Assembly (NCBI GenBank): GCA_050287785.1
Contig: JBNKCO010000003.1
Coordinates: 31,294 to 95,293 of the forward strand
Direction of reading: 5' to 3'
Source of the DNA: Bacteroidales bacterium
GTDB taxonomy: Bacteria; Bacteroidota; Bacteroidia; Bacteroidales; UBA10428
DNA length: 64,000 nucleotides
The notes under the pieces were generated by a model. That model had not been told where the DNA came from and did no database searches. It was given only the letters and a program-made list of their open reading frames with translations. Below, one piece after another: positions 39,890-50,763 of this stretch. Position 1 is the stretch's first letter. Every line of letters begins with the position of its first letter. Position numbers and translations under genes: made by a program.

Positions 39890-42574
39890 TTAATCCAGAT
39901 TTAACTCCATTTGTTCTCCATCGTAATTACCGTCTGAATCAGGACCGGATCCATCGTTTGGAATATCCTGGTTACTTTGAGTTTCATTGTCTGATGTAGC
40001 TTCGTTGTCTACTTTCTTTACTCTAACCGGTTCGAGTTCAGTTACATTCTTTATTGTATAATTCGATAGTCTTTTACCTTTGGCTTTATATCCCTTAACA
40101 GCAATAAACTCTTCTCCATCTATTTCTTCTGATAGCCGATCTTTATGTTTACCGCCAAATTCAATTTTAAAAAGAGGGTAATCAGTATCAGTTAAAGCAA
40201 TAAGTTCACATTCCGAATCTTCTGGTAGGTAGGGCAGAATCCTATCTGCATTTTCTGCCTGGAAGCGCTTTATGTAATAATAGCCTTGGTCTTTATCAAA
40301 GTATATTGCTGTATATATCTTTTGTTCATCGTATTGTTCAATTCGAATCATTCCTTCATCGAAGTGAGTTGTTATATCTGGTTTGTATGTGCTATGAAGC
40401 CCAGACTTATAAAAAGCAATGATCCGGTCTTTTGATTTAAACTCACCAAGGAATTTTCCGCGTTCATCTGTATTTAATCTCTCAACATCTTCGTCTAACC
40501 AGATTTTTAGTCCGCCTAGAGTTGATTCTCCGGCTTCTTTAAGCTCAATACGATGAATGGCATAGCGGGTAAGAATATTGCCTTGCGAACCTTTTCCTTT
40601 AATCGCTAATTCACTAAAGTCCCAGTCAATATGAAGATTTCTTAGTCGTGAGCGAGGTTTGAGAGTGACTTTGAGCTTTTCAGCTTCTCCATTTGGATTA
40701 ACGGTTAAATGAAGCACTTTTGAACCAGATGTTCCTTTTGTTAAGTCATAATCTTTATCGCGAGTAAGTCCGGTAATAGCACAACGTTTAGCCATAATGG
40801 CACCATTTAAACCATCACGATAAACCAGGTTGTAAATTGTTCGGCTATCGTTTTTCTTCCAGACATCAACATGAATGATATCCTTGCCTACAAATGCCTT
40901 GTCAGTAGCTTTTGTTATCATGTATTTGCCATCTCTCTTAATTGATATTATATCGTCAATATCAGAGCAATCGCAGACAAATTCTTCTTTTTTCATTCCT
41001 GTTCCTATGAAACCTTCTTCTCGGTTAACATAAAGTTTCTGGTTAGCAACAGCTACCTGAACAGCTTCAATATTATCGAAATTGCGAATTTCAGTCTTCC
41101 TTTCACGTCCTTTCGCATATTTCTTTTTTATTTGTTTGAAGTAATTTATAGTATAAGGTACAATATTGGCCAAATGGTTTTTCACTTCATCCATTTCAGC
41201 TTCAAGACCTTTTATTTGTTCATCTGCCTTAAGCGTATTGAATTTCAAGATTCTACCCATTCTAATTTCGAAAAGAGTAGCAAGATCATCCATTGTAATT
41301 TCGCGTCGAAAGAGTTTCTTGTAAGGTTCAAAACATTGGTCAAGGAATTTCAAAGCAGCTTCCTTGCTTTCTGCATTTTCGTAGCCTTTTTCCTTATACA
41401 TTCTCTTTTCGATGAAAATGCGTTCTAAGGAAGATTTGTGCCATTCTTCTTCCAACTCATTTAACCTGATTTCTAACTCCAGCTTTAGTAAGCCAAGCGT
41501 ATGATCGGCAGAATGCTTCAGCATATCTTTAATGCCTACAAAGCGTGGTTTATCATCTTCGATAACACATGAGTTAGGCGAAATTGATATTTCACAATCA
41601 GTAAATGCATACAGAGCATCAATGGTTAGGTCGGGAGAAATTCCAGGCGATAGATGAATAATAATCTCAACATTTTCAGCTGTATTATCATCAATTTTTT
41701 TAATTTTTATTTTCCCCTTATCATTAGCTTTAATAATGGAGTCGATTACAGACAAAGTAGTTCGCCCAAATGGGAGCTCGGTAATTGATAAGGTTTTGCT
41801 GTCAACTTTATTAATTTTTGATCGTACTCGAACATTCCCGCCTCTGAGGCCATCGTTGTATTTAGAAACATCGATCATTCCTCCTGTCGGAAAGTCTGGG
41901 AAGAGTTCAAAATTTTTATTTTCGAAATGAGCAATACAAGCATCGATCAATTCAACAAAATTATGAGGAAGAAGTTTAGAGGCAAGACCTACTGCAATAC
42001 CTTCAACGCCTTGTGCTAGTAATAATGGGAACTTAACAGGAAGAGCAATGGGCTCCTTGTTTCTGCCATCATATGAGAGTTTCCAGTCAGTAGTTTTCGG
42101 ATTGAAAACAACTTCGAGAGCAAATTTTGTTAGTCGAGCCTCAATGTAACGAGGAGCTGCTGAGCCATCTCCTGTTAATATATTTCCCCAGTTACCCTGA
42201 GTATCAATTAATAAATCTTTTTGTCCAAGTTGCACCAGAGCATCGCCAATAGATGCATCACCATGAGGGTGAAATTGCATTGTATGACCAATAATGTTGG
42301 CGACTTTATTATATCGGCCATCATCGAGTCGGCGCATTGAATGGAGAATTCTGCGTTGTACAGGTTTTAGTCCATCGTTAAGATGAGGAACAGCACGCTC
42401 AAGAATTACATAGGAAGCATAATCAAGAAACCAGTCGCGATACATTCCTGAAAGCTTCGTAACATGAGTTGATTTCTGATGTTTAGCTAATTCCGATTCC
42501 TGTAGAAATTCTTCATCACCATTCTGTTCATCCCGATTATTGTTGGGAGATATATTTTTATCCTCTTGGCTCAT
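39890..42574 (-). CDS. parC: DNA topoisomerase IV subunit A (Bacteroidota type)
   Basis: DGLKPVQRR, HPHGD, AAPRYIEARL; adjacent to parE. Confidence 0.93.
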   Translation of the reverse strand: MSQEDKNISPNNNRDEQNGDEEFLQESELAKHQKSTHVTKLSGMYRDWFLDYASYVILERAVPHLNDGLKPVQRRILHSMRRLDDGRYNKVANIIGHTMQFHPHGDASIGDALVQLGQKDLLIDTQGNWGNILTGDGSAAPRYIEARLTKFALEVVFNPKTTDWKLSYDGRNKEPIALPVKFPLLLAQGVEGIAVGLASKLLPHNFVELIDACIAHFENKNFELFPDFPTGGMIDVSKYNDGLRGGNVRVRSKINKVDSKTLSITELPFGRTTLSVIDSIIKANDKGKIKIKKIDDNTAENVEIIIHLSPGISPDLTIDALYAFTDCEISISPNSCVIEDDKPRFVGIKDMLKHSADHTLGLLKLELEIRLNELEEEWHKSSLERIFIEKRMYKEKGYENAESKEAALKFLDQCFEPYKKLFRREITMDDLATLFEIRMGRILKFNTLKADEQIKGLEAEMDEVKNHLANIVPYTINYFKQIKKKYAKGRERKTEIRNFDNIEAVQVAVANQKLYVNREEGFIGTGMKKEEFVCDCSDIDDIISIKRDGKYMITKATDKAFVGKDIIHVDVWKKNDSRTIYNLVYRDGLNGAIMAKRCAITGLTRDKDYDLTKGTSGSKVLHLTVNPNGEAEKLKVTLKPRSRLRNLHIDWDFSELAIKGKGSQGNILTRYAIHRIELKEAGESTLGGLKIWLDEDVERLNTDERGKFLGEFKSKDRIIAFYKSGLHSTYKPDITTHFDEGMIRIEQYDEQKIYTAIYFDKDQGYYYIKRFQAENADRILPYLPEDSECELIALTDTDYPLFKIEFGGKHKDRLSEEIDGEEFIAVKGYKAKGKRLSNYTIKNVTELEPVRVKKVDNEATSDNETQSNQDIPNDGSGPDSDGNYDGEQMELNLD

Positions 42575-42588
42575 ATTATTAATGCAAA

Positions 42589-44430
42589 TTAAACTTCAAC
42601 TAAATCTTCTTCGATACGAAGATTATCAATAATAAATTCTTGTCGGTCAGGTGTGTTTTTACCCATATAAAAGGGTAGTAGCTGTGTTATTAGGTCGTCT
42701 TTTCCAAGTGTAACGGGTTCAAGGCGCATATCGGCCCCAATGAAGTGTTTAAATTCATCGGGTGAAATTTCTCCGAGCCCTTTAAATCGTGTTATTTCTG
42801 GATTTACACCAAGTTTTTTTATTGCGTTTTGTTTTTCGTCGTCGCTATAACAATAGATTGTTTTTTTCTTGTTTCGCACTCTGAAAAGTGGAGTTTGAAG
42901 AATGTATACATGTCCGCGGCGAACAAGTTCCGGGAAAAACTGAAGGAAGAAAGTTAAAAGTAGCAAGCGAATATGCATTCCATCAACATCGGCATCAGTA
43001 GCAACTACAACATTGTGGTATCTGAGATTTTCAATATCATCTTCAATGTTTAAAGCAGCCTGTAAAAGATTAAACTCTTCATTCTCGTAAACAATTTTCT
43101 TTGTAAGGCCAAAACTATTGAGAGGTTTACCTTTAAGACTAAAAACAGCCTGAGTTCTCACATCACGCGATTTTGTTATCGACCCACTTGCAGAATCACC
43201 CTCAGTAATAAAAATAGTTGTTTCCAATCGTCGTTCATCCTTAGAAATTAGGTGAATCTTGCAATCGCGCAATTTGCGGTTATGTAAATTGGCTTTTTTT
43301 GCTCGTTCGCGAGCAAGTTTCTTGATACCGGAGATAGCCTTTCGTTCTTTTTCATTATCCTGTATTTTCTTAAGCAGAATATCTGCAGTTTGAGGATGTT
43401 TGTGAAGGAAATCGTCGAGATGCTTTTTAAGCGTATCGGTAATATATTTTGACACAGATGGACCATTTGGTCCCATATCTCTGGAGCCAAGTTTGGTTTT
43501 GGTTTGCGATTCAAATACAGGTTCTTCAACCCTAATACTTATAGCAGCAATAATTGAAGCGCGAATGTCTGCCGGATCAAAGTTTTTATTATAGAATTCA
43601 CGGATAGTTTTTACATAGGCTTCACGAAATGCCTGTAGGTGTGTTCCTCCCTGAGTTGTGTTTTGACCGTTTACAAAAGAGTATATGTCTTCACCGTAAG
43701 ATCTGCCATGGGTCATTGCAACTTCCATGTCGCCATTTTTAAGATGAATTATGGGATACAAACTTTCCGCATCCATTTTTTCTTCTAACAGATCTGACAG
43801 ACCATTTGTGGATTGATATTTAACACCGTTTAGTTTAATAGTTAAACCTGCGTTTAAATATGTGTAGTTTTTAACAAGAGCTTCAACATATTCTTCGATG
43901 TAACGATAATTTCCAAACAATTCACTATCGGGTGTGAAGCTAATAAATGTACCATTTCTTTGGTTTGATTCCTTTTCCGGCTCGTCCTTAACAATATTTC
44001 CTCCCGAGAAAGTAACCGATTTCATTTTGCCTTCGCGGTATGCAGAAACCTCAAATATAGTTGACAACGCATTTACAGCTTTAATACCAACACCATTTAG
44101 TCCAACTGATTTTTTAAATACTTTGGAGTCGTATTTTGCACCAGTATTCATCTTTGAGGTAACATCTTTCACTTTCCCAAGTGGAATTCCACGACCATGA
44201 TCTCTAATGGAAACAGAATTTTCAGTGATATTAATTTCAATGGTTTTTCCAAAGCCCATCATAAACTCATCAATGGAGTTATCAATCACTTCCTTAATTA
44301 AAATATATATTCCGTCGTCGCGTGAAGAACCATCGCCCAACTTCCCGATGTACATTCCTGGACGCTTTCTAATGTGCTCTTTCCAGTCTAATGTACGTAT
44401 TGCATCTTCTGAATAATTCGCTGCTGACAT
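42589..44430 (-). CDS. parE: DNA topoisomerase IV subunit B
   Basis: [41 protein letters not shown]. Confidence 0.94.
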   Translation of the reverse strand: MSAANYSEDAIRTLDWKEHIRKRPGMYIGKLGDGSSRDDGIYILIKEVIDNSIDEFMMGFGKTIEINITENSVSIRDHGRGIPLGKVKDVTSKMNTGAKYDSKVFKKSVGLNGVGIKAVNALSTIFEVSAYREGKMKSVTFSGGNIVKDEPEKESNQRNGTFISFTPDSELFGNYRYIEEYVEALVKNYTYLNAGLTIKLNGVKYQSTNGLSDLLEEKMDAESLYPIIHLKNGDMEVAMTHGRSYGEDIYSFVNGQNTTQGGTHLQAFREAYVKTIREFYNKNFDPADIRASIIAAISIRVEEPVFESQTKTKLGSRDMGPNGPSVSKYITDTLKKHLDDFLHKHPQTADILLKKIQDNEKERKAISGIKKLARERAKKANLHNRKLRDCKIHLISKDERRLETTIFITEGDSASGSITKSRDVRTQAVFSLKGKPLNSFGLTKKIVYENEEFNLLQAALNIEDDIENLRYHNVVVATDADVDGMHIRLLLLTFFLQFFPELVRRGHVYILQTPLFRVRNKKKTIYCYSDDEKQNAIKKLGVNPEITRFKGLGEISPDEFKHFIGADMRLEPVTLGKDDLITQLLPFYMGKNTPDRQEFIIDNLRIEEDLVEV

Positions 44431-44524
44431 AATAATGAGATTTGAAGCAAAGATAACACTTAAGATGAGGGAGAGTAAATTTGTTTATTAACCTGTAATT
44501 AACAGTTTGGGTTGTTAATATGTG

Positions 44525-44556
44525 AAAAAAAAACGAGAGCCAAGCTGGCTCTCGTT
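44525..44556 (-). terminator. Terminator of lysS
   Basis: AACGAGAGCCA/TGGCTCTCGTT stem with a poly-U tail on the minus strand. Confidence 0.8.
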
Positions 44557-44668
44557 AAGATGATGTCAATCAATCAATAACTTAAAATTAGCTATTGGGT
44601 AAAATTATATAAAAAAATATACTTTAATAAATCAAGCATACTGAAATTAATCAGGTTATTGAAAATAA

Positions 44669-46396
44669 TTAACTAATCCATTTTAAGACTTCTTCCTGAG
44701 AAGGATTCTGGAGTCCTAATTTATTTTTTTTATTATATCCACAAACTTCTTGGTGAAGCTTTCCTGGTTTTTCGAAAGTCTTTATTGATGCTTTTGTTTT
44801 ATATCCCAATGTTTTTAATACTTCTGCCCACTCTTTTGCTATACCACTTTCTACAAACTTTTCGATAGAATCTTCTTCTTCTCTTTTTTCAGGTCGCATT
44901 TGTGGAAAGAATAATACATCTTGTATACTTGGCTGATTTGTCATTAACATAGTTAAACGGTCAATTCCAATTCCCATACCTGAAGTTGGAGGCATTCCAT
45001 ATTCAAGGGAACGAACAAAGTCCATGTCAATGAACATAGCTTCATCATCACCTTTTTCTGATAATTTTAGCTGCTCTTGAAATCGTTCAAGTTGATCTAT
45101 TGGGTCGTTTAATTCCGAGTAGGCATTGCAAAGTTCTTTTCCATTAACAATGAGCTCGAATCGCTCGGTTAATTCTGGATTTTCACGGTGTTTTTTGCAT
45201 AATGGTGACATTTCAACCGGATAATCGATAATGAAAGTAGGCTGAATAAGATGTTCCTCAACTTTTTCGCCAAATATCTCATCGATTAGTTTTCCTTTAC
45301 CCATCGAGTCGTCTACATCTATGCCGTGGTCTTTACAGGTTTTTCTCAATTGGTCTTCATTCATTTCAGAAATATCAATACCGAAGTATTCTTTGATTGA
45401 ATCAACCATTGTTAATCGACGGAAAGGACGCTTAAAGTCCAGTTCTTTTTCTCCAACTGGAATTTTAGTAGTGCCGTGTAAATCTAGAGCTACTTTCTCA
45501 ATCATTTCCTCAGTGAAATCCATCATCCAATTGTAGTCTTTGTAGGCTACGTAGATTTCCATAACAGTAAATTCCGGGTTGTGAGTTCTGTCCATTCCCT
45601 CATTACGGAAGTCTTTCGAGAATTCATATACTCCGTCGAAGCCGCCAACTATAAGGCGTTTTAGATATAGCTCGTTTGCAATTCGCAAATATAGGGGTAT
45701 GTCAAGAGAATTATGATGCGTTATAAACGGGCGAGCAGATGCTCCACCAGGAATAGGCTGAAGAATTGGTGTTTCAACTTCTAAATATCCTCTAGAGTCG
45801 AATAGCTCGCGTAAAGAACGATATATTTGTGTGCGTTTCTTGAAATTTTCCCGAACAACCGGATTTACAACAAGGTCAACATAGCGTTGTCTGTATCTGA
45901 ATTCAGGATCGGTAACAGCATCGTATATCTCGCCATCTTTTTCTTTTACAATAGGTAAAGGGCGAATAGATTTTGAGAGAACGGTTATTTCTTTAACATG
46001 AATTGAAATTTCACCCACTTGAGTTTTAAAAACGAATCCTTTTACTCCAATGAAATCGCCAATATCAAGTAATTTTTTAAAGACTGTATTGTACAGGCTT
46101 GTGTCGCTTTCATCTGGGCAAATTTCATCACGAGCAATATAAATTTGGATACGACCAGACTCATCTTGTAACTCTGCAAATGAAGCTTTCCCCATTATTC
46201 TGCGACTCATTAATCTTCCTGCGATTACAACTTCCTGAAAGTTTTTTTCATTTTCATTAAAATTCTCTTTGATGTCAGAAGATTTTGTATTTACAGGGAA
46301 CATTGCTGCTGGATATGGTTCGACACCCATTTTTCTTAACTCAGCAAGGGAATTTCTTCTAAGCTGCTCTTGTTCACTAAGTTGCATACGACTCAT
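44669..46396 (-). CDS. lysS: Lysine--tRNA ligase (class II) with C-terminal extension
   Basis: OB fold [35 protein letters not shown]. Confidence 0.97.
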   Translation of the reverse strand: MSRMQLSEQEQLRRNSLAELRKMGVEPYPAAMFPVNTKSSDIKENFNENEKNFQEVVIAGRLMSRRIMGKASFAELQDESGRIQIYIARDEICPDESDTSLYNTVFKKLLDIGDFIGVKGFVFKTQVGEISIHVKEITVLSKSIRPLPIVKEKDGEIYDAVTDPEFRYRQRYVDLVVNPVVRENFKKRTQIYRSLRELFDSRGYLEVETPILQPIPGGASARPFITHHNSLDIPLYLRIANELYLKRLIVGGFDGVYEFSKDFRNEGMDRTHNPEFTVMEIYVAYKDYNWMMDFTEEMIEKVALDLHGTTKIPVGEKELDFKRPFRRLTMVDSIKEYFGIDISEMNEDQLRKTCKDHGIDVDDSMGKGKLIDEIFGEKVEEHLIQPTFIIDYPVEMSPLCKKHRENPELTERFELIVNGKELCNAYSELNDPIDQLERFQEQLKLSEKGDDEAMFIDMDFVRSLEYGMPPTSGMGIGIDRLTMLMTNQPSIQDVLFFPQMRPEKREEEDSIEKFVESGIAKEWAEVLKTLGYKTKASIKTFEKPGKLHQEVCGYNKKNKLGLQNPSQEEVLKWIS

Positions 46397-46525
46397 TTGT
46401 AGTGTTTAAAAATTTGAGCAAAGATATACATTTTATGCATTTTGCGAGTTTTGGGTTTAAAGTTTAAAGTTAATATCTTACACAAAACATAAATTTTAAC
46501 TATAAACTTTAAATTAATAACTATT

Positions 46526-46864
46526 ATGAGACCTGTAAAATCCTTAGTGCCATTAGCAAAATGGTTTTTACGTATTGCAGTAGCAGCAATTATTTATTCG
46601 GAATATTTAAACAGAGCAACTAGTTTTTCATTTAGTGGATTAGGCTATTTTATGGCTCTGATTTTTGTGATTCTGGGCGTGTTGTTAATAGTTGGCGGTT
46701 TGATGAAAACAGCTAAACTAACGGTTGTTTCAGGATTGCTAATTTGGGTTGCCTGTATAATTCAGTTGTTGGGTGTCGATTCTTTTACCCTTATTAATGC
46801 AATGTCAATTTTACCATTAGCATCGATAGGGTTTTATTTTATGGCGCGAGGTAATATAGGGTAA
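46526..46864 (+). CDS. Small 4-TM membrane protein (DoxX-like)
   Basis: Four hydrophobic helices; WFLRI motif. Confidence 0.65.
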   Translation: MRPVKSLVPLAKWFLRIAVAAIIYSEYLNRATSFSFSGLGYFMALIFVILGVLLIVGGLMKTAKLTVVSGLLIWVACIIQLLGVDSFTLINAMSILPLASIGFYFMARGNIG

Positions 46865-46879
46865 TAATTAGTAGGAAAT

Positions 46880-46912
46880 AAAAGAGGCAAGCGTTTTCGC
46901 ATGCCTCTTTTT
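46880..46912. terminator. Bidirectional terminator
   Basis: AAAAGAGGCA...TGCCTCTTTTT between convergent genes. Confidence 0.75.
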
Positions 46913-46931
46913 ATAATAAATAGATTGTTTG

Positions 46932-47501
46932 TTAAAGTATATCATCGCCTGAAGCTTCTTCTTCAAGAGGCTCAGTTCCGTAAACTATGCCTTCAATATA
47001 ATAACCGGGAAATTCACCATAGCCACCTGTTGCTTGTTTCTTAGTAACTAAAACAACTTGCCCCTTTTCGTTAGCTGCTCTTTTCTGCAAGCGCATGATA
47101 GCACTTTTTTTCGCAGCTTTGGGACTGCGGGCACTAGGTAGAGATTGTGCTTTTATTTCTGCTCTTTTATATAGATCTGCTACATCTCGTTTATCCTCAG
47201 TTAGCCAAACAGCTTCCCAGGAATATTCATCAATCATGGTAAGTACAAGGGCATTATACTCTTCTTTTCGACCATTTTTGTAAATGATTTTATGAATCTC
47301 TTTTCGTGGAAGGGTAAAAGGCTCATCATTTCCTGGCACATAGAATTTGACATATGTTGAAGTAACCTTAACAACATCAACAGGCATAACCTTCCCTTCT
47401 ACCTTAATAATTGTATCTAATGCAGCAGTTTCAGCAGCCTTTGTCTTTCCTGAAAGTGCGAGTGACAATAAAATTCCTGTTAATAAAATATAAGTTCTCA
47501 T
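46932..47501 (-). CDS. Hypothetical secreted two-domain protein
   Basis: Signal peptide; DTIIKVEGK beta module; C-terminal AIMRLQKRAANEKGQVVLV helix-strand motif resembling YbjQ/RcsF-like folds. Confidence 0.7.
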   Translation of the reverse strand: MRTYILLTGILLSLALSGKTKAAETAALDTIIKVEGKVMPVDVVKVTSTYVKFYVPGNDEPFTLPRKEIHKIIYKNGRKEEYNALVLTMIDEYSWEAVWLTEDKRDVADLYKRAEIKAQSLPSARSPKAAKKSAIMRLQKRAANEKGQVVLVTKKQATGGYGEFPGYYIEGIVYGTEPLEEEASGDDIL

Positions 47502-47529
47502 AGTAAATCTATTGTTTTGCTGGTTTAGT

Positions 47530-47545
47530 TCAAATCGTGTGCCAA
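47530..47545 (-). promoter_or_regulatory. Putative sigma54 (-24/-12) promoter
   Basis: Minus strand TTGGCAC-ACGAT-TTGA, about 28 bp upstream of the ATG. Confidence 0.6.
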
Positions 47546-47730
47546 ATTAAAAAAGAAAAATTATTCTTTAATCATCTATACGGAAACTTTTTAAACTGGT
47601 TTTAAACAATTGCATGTTTTTTCAGAAAAAATTCATCCCGGTTCTGCATCCCTTTTTTTATGCCTATTTTAGAAATGTTTATACTTTTATCATCTAGTTT
47701 TTTGATAGCAACTAAAGGGAAGGATTTAAT

Positions 47731-48498
47731 ATGGAAACAAAGCCATCGAAGAAGATTCTTAGAAGAATGGGGCTAAATGACGACCAGGAGGGAGTTTTTC
47801 GAAGGTATCTAAATGAAGAAGGGGGGTGGGATAGTCATTTAAGGAACTCAAAGAGTTTTATTAAACAATGTGTTGTTGAGGAAAAACCAAAGAATATAGG
47901 AGTTTTAGGAAGTGGTTGGCTGCTGGATGTTCCAGTTGATTTTTTGGTCGAAAGCTGCGAAAATATTTATTTGTATGATATCAGACATCCTAGACAAATA
48001 GTTAATAAGTATAAAAAAATTGAAAAGGTTCATTTTGTTGAGGTTGATATTACCGGAGGAGCAATTGAATTTGTTTATCAGGCAATTCGAAATAATACAA
48101 TAAAGAAGGAACTTCTAAATATCCCAGCAATAGGGTTTCAGGCTGAGGAGAATCTTGATTATATTGTATCATTGAATATTTTAAATCAACTAGATATATT
48201 AATTGTTGAAAATCTTCGTAAAGTATCCGGACTTCCCCAAAAGCTTATTGACGATTTTAGGGGAATTATTCAAAAGAGACATTTAAATTCATTGCCTACC
48301 GATAGATCTTGTCTGCTCACCGATTTTGAAGAACAAATCTACGACCGAACAGGTAAGTTTGTGGAAAGCCACAATTTGCTTTACGCGAGTCTTCCTGAAG
48401 GTAAAAGTGAACAAGAATGGATTTGGAATTTCGATACATTAATGACTTATTATCCGAATCGTAAAACAAATTTTAGAGTAATCGCAAAAAAGTTATAG
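47731..48498 (+). CDS. Hypothetical protein with SAM-methyltransferase-like fold
   Basis: IGVLGSGWLLDVP (motif I-like), LYDIRHP, VDITGG, DYIVSLNILNQL. Confidence 0.65.
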   Translation: METKPSKKILRRMGLNDDQEGVFRRYLNEEGGWDSHLRNSKSFIKQCVVEEKPKNIGVLGSGWLLDVPVDFLVESCENIYLYDIRHPRQIVNKYKKIEKVHFVEVDITGGAIEFVYQAIRNNTIKKELLNIPAIGFQAEENLDYIVSLNILNQLDILIVENLRKVSGLPQKLIDDFRGIIQKRHLNSLPTDRSCLLTDFEEQIYDRTGKFVESHNLLYASLPEGKSEQEWIWNFDTLMTYYPNRKTNFRVIAKKL

Positions 48499-48503
48499 CA
48501 TTT

Positions 48504-50291
48504 ATGAAACCAGAAGATTATTACAACAACATAAAAATCAATGCCGAAACACAACTTCAAATTTTAAGAAAACAAATAGGACTGAATTCAATATTCAGAC
48601 TACTTAGTTTTTTGTTGATTTTTGTAGTCTTATTTGGGTTTCTGAAAGTACAAGTGCTTATCTCTATTGGTGGTTCGATATCCATGATTGTGATATTTTT
48701 TATGCTGGTAAAACGCCATTTAGAGTTAGGTAAAAGGAGGAGCTATTTTCGTCGGATATTAGAAATTTCTTTGAATGAATTAGATGCTTTGTCCAATGAT
48801 TATAGAGCATTCAAGAAAGGCGAGAGGTTTATTAATCATAGCCATTCTTATAGTTTTGACCTTGATATTTTTGGGAAAGGTTCATTATTTGAAATGTTAA
48901 ATAGATCTACTACTGAGGCAGGTGAACAAAAATTAGCAACCCGGTTGATGACTGAGCCAAACTCATCTCAAGAAATTTATTCATTTCAGGAAGGTGTTCA
49001 AGAGCTTTCAAAAAATCCTGATTTTATGATAAATTTCCGTGCAATAGGGTTAATGTCCGGTATTGTAAGTGAAGATATTGAGTCAATTAAAAGATGGCAA
49101 TCCAGTTCATCCTTTATAAATGGAAGAAGGGGATTACGGATTTTTTCCTTTTTTCTACCTGTTTTGTTATTAATTAGCTTAGGTGCTACAATTATAAGCT
49201 CGGCATTCTCATCTTTATTAGTTACTATATTTATTTTCAACATTTTCTTTGTTGGATTTAGCATAAAAAAGATAAATAAGGAACATGGTCAGGTTACACT
49301 TCTTTTAAAGATGTTGCAGAAGTACCAAAAGTTGCTGATTGAAATTGAAAAAAAGGAGTTCGATGCTGAATTACTAAAAGAATCGCAAAATAGATTACAT
49401 CATAATGACAAAAAAGCAAGTCAGCTTTTAGGTAGTCTAACAAAACTTGTAGGAAGTTTTGATAACAGACTCAATTTTGTGGCAGCAATTTTTCTCGAAG
49501 GTTTTTTATTGTGGGATTATCATTGTTTATTTAGAATTGAAAAGTGGCGATTAGAATGTGGAAGTCTTTTAACAAACTGGATTAATGAAATTGCATTTTT
49601 TGATTCTCTTATTTCAGGAGGAACCTTTGCATTTAATAACCCGGAATACATTTATCCTGTTTTATCTGAATCGATAATTCTTAATGGAAAAGGAATAGGC
49701 CATCCACTTATTCCTTCGTCTGTACGAGTTTGCAATGATTTTTCAATTCATAACAAAGGAGATTTCTCCATCATTACCGGAGCTAATATGGCTGGGAAAA
49801 GCACCTTTCTTAGAACGATTGGAGTTAATCTAATTCTATCAAAATCGGGCTTACCTGTATGCGCAAATTCCTTTGAGTTTTCAAACCAGAAGCTTTTCAC
49901 AAGTATGAGAACAAGTGATTCCTTAAGTGAGAATGAGTCTTATTTTTATGCTGAGTTAAAACGTTTAAAAAGTGTAATGGATAAATTAGAATCAGGGGAG
50001 AACTTGTTTATTATTTTAGATGAGATTTTAAAAGGTACTAATTCTGTTGATAAGCAAAACGGCTCTCGACATGCCTTGGAAAAAATATTGAAGCTTAGTG
50101 GTACAGGTATAATTGCTACTCATGATTTAGCGCTTACAGAAATTTCTGAAACCTATCCTGATAAAATTAAAAACCAATGTTTCGAAATCGAAATTGATAA
50201 TGCTAAAATCTATTTCGATTATAAATTATATGAGGGTGTTACAAAAAAGATGAATGCAATGCTTTTAATGGAACAAATGGGAATAGTCTAA
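48504..50291 (+). CDS. Membrane-anchored MutS domain V ATPase (MutS-related)
   Basis: TM helices; DLDIFG, HPLI, TGANMAGKST, SYFYAEL, LDEILKGTNS, ATHD; no mismatch-binding domain. Confidence 0.9.
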   Translation: MKPEDYYNNIKINAETQLQILRKQIGLNSIFRLLSFLLIFVVLFGFLKVQVLISIGGSISMIVIFFMLVKRHLELGKRRSYFRRILEISLNELDALSNDYRAFKKGERFINHSHSYSFDLDIFGKGSLFEMLNRSTTEAGEQKLATRLMTEPNSSQEIYSFQEGVQELSKNPDFMINFRAIGLMSGIVSEDIESIKRWQSSSSFINGRRGLRIFSFFLPVLLLISLGATIISSAFSSLLVTIFIFNIFFVGFSIKKINKEHGQVTLLLKMLQKYQKLLIEIEKKEFDAELLKESQNRLHHNDKKASQLLGSLTKLVGSFDNRLNFVAAIFLEGFLLWDYHCLFRIEKWRLECGSLLTNWINEIAFFDSLISGGTFAFNNPEYIYPVLSESIILNGKGIGHPLIPSSVRVCNDFSIHNKGDFSIITGANMAGKSTFLRTIGVNLILSKSGLPVCANSFEFSNQKLFTSMRTSDSLSENESYFYAELKRLKSVMDKLESGENLFIILDEILKGTNSVDKQNGSRHALEKILKLSGTGIIATHDLALTEISETYPDKIKNQCFEIEIDNAKIYFDYKLYEGVTKKMNAMLLMEQMGIV

Positions 50292-50322
50292 GAGAACAAT
50301 TTTCATTGTTTTATAACCTGAA

Positions 50323-50523
50323 TTAATAACCGTTTAAGCCTTGGAAAGCTACAAACCTAAAGCTACCTTGTATCATGCTGATTTCGAATCCGACTCTTTG
50401 GTTCGACACCAGATTGCCTTCCCCATTATGAACAATAGCTTGAAATTTAACAGCACCAGGTTGGGCAATAATCTGAACTAATGAAAAGAAAAATAATGCG
50501 AAAGAAATAACAAAATGTTTCAT
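50323..50523 (-). pseudogene. 5' remnant of a large secreted Bacteroidota protein
   Basis: Signal peptide plus AQPGAVKFQAIVHNGEGNLVSNQRVGFEISMIQGS, a common N-terminal module of long secreted proteins; ORF stops 12 aa later. Confidence 0.6.
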
Positions 50524-50763
50524 GGCTGATGGATTTAAATCTATATGTCCTATAAAAATATTGTATTTCAAATTAATTGGGTTTAGTTAAGGCTTTTTAC
50601 ATTCATCAATTTGATATTTATAACTCAGGTTTTTAATTCTTCTTCTTATGGAATCATATCACCTGTGAAACATAGTTATATGAGATATTTTATTTTCAAA
50701 TCATTATGTAATAAATAGAACAAGTTATAATTTTAGAACCTGAACACATCTAAATTTTCTAAA

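Noticed and set aside
39890-44430. gyrA/gyrB assignment
   Set aside because: No GyrA box; the short B subunit and the AAPRYIEARL type fit Bacteroidota topoisomerase IV.
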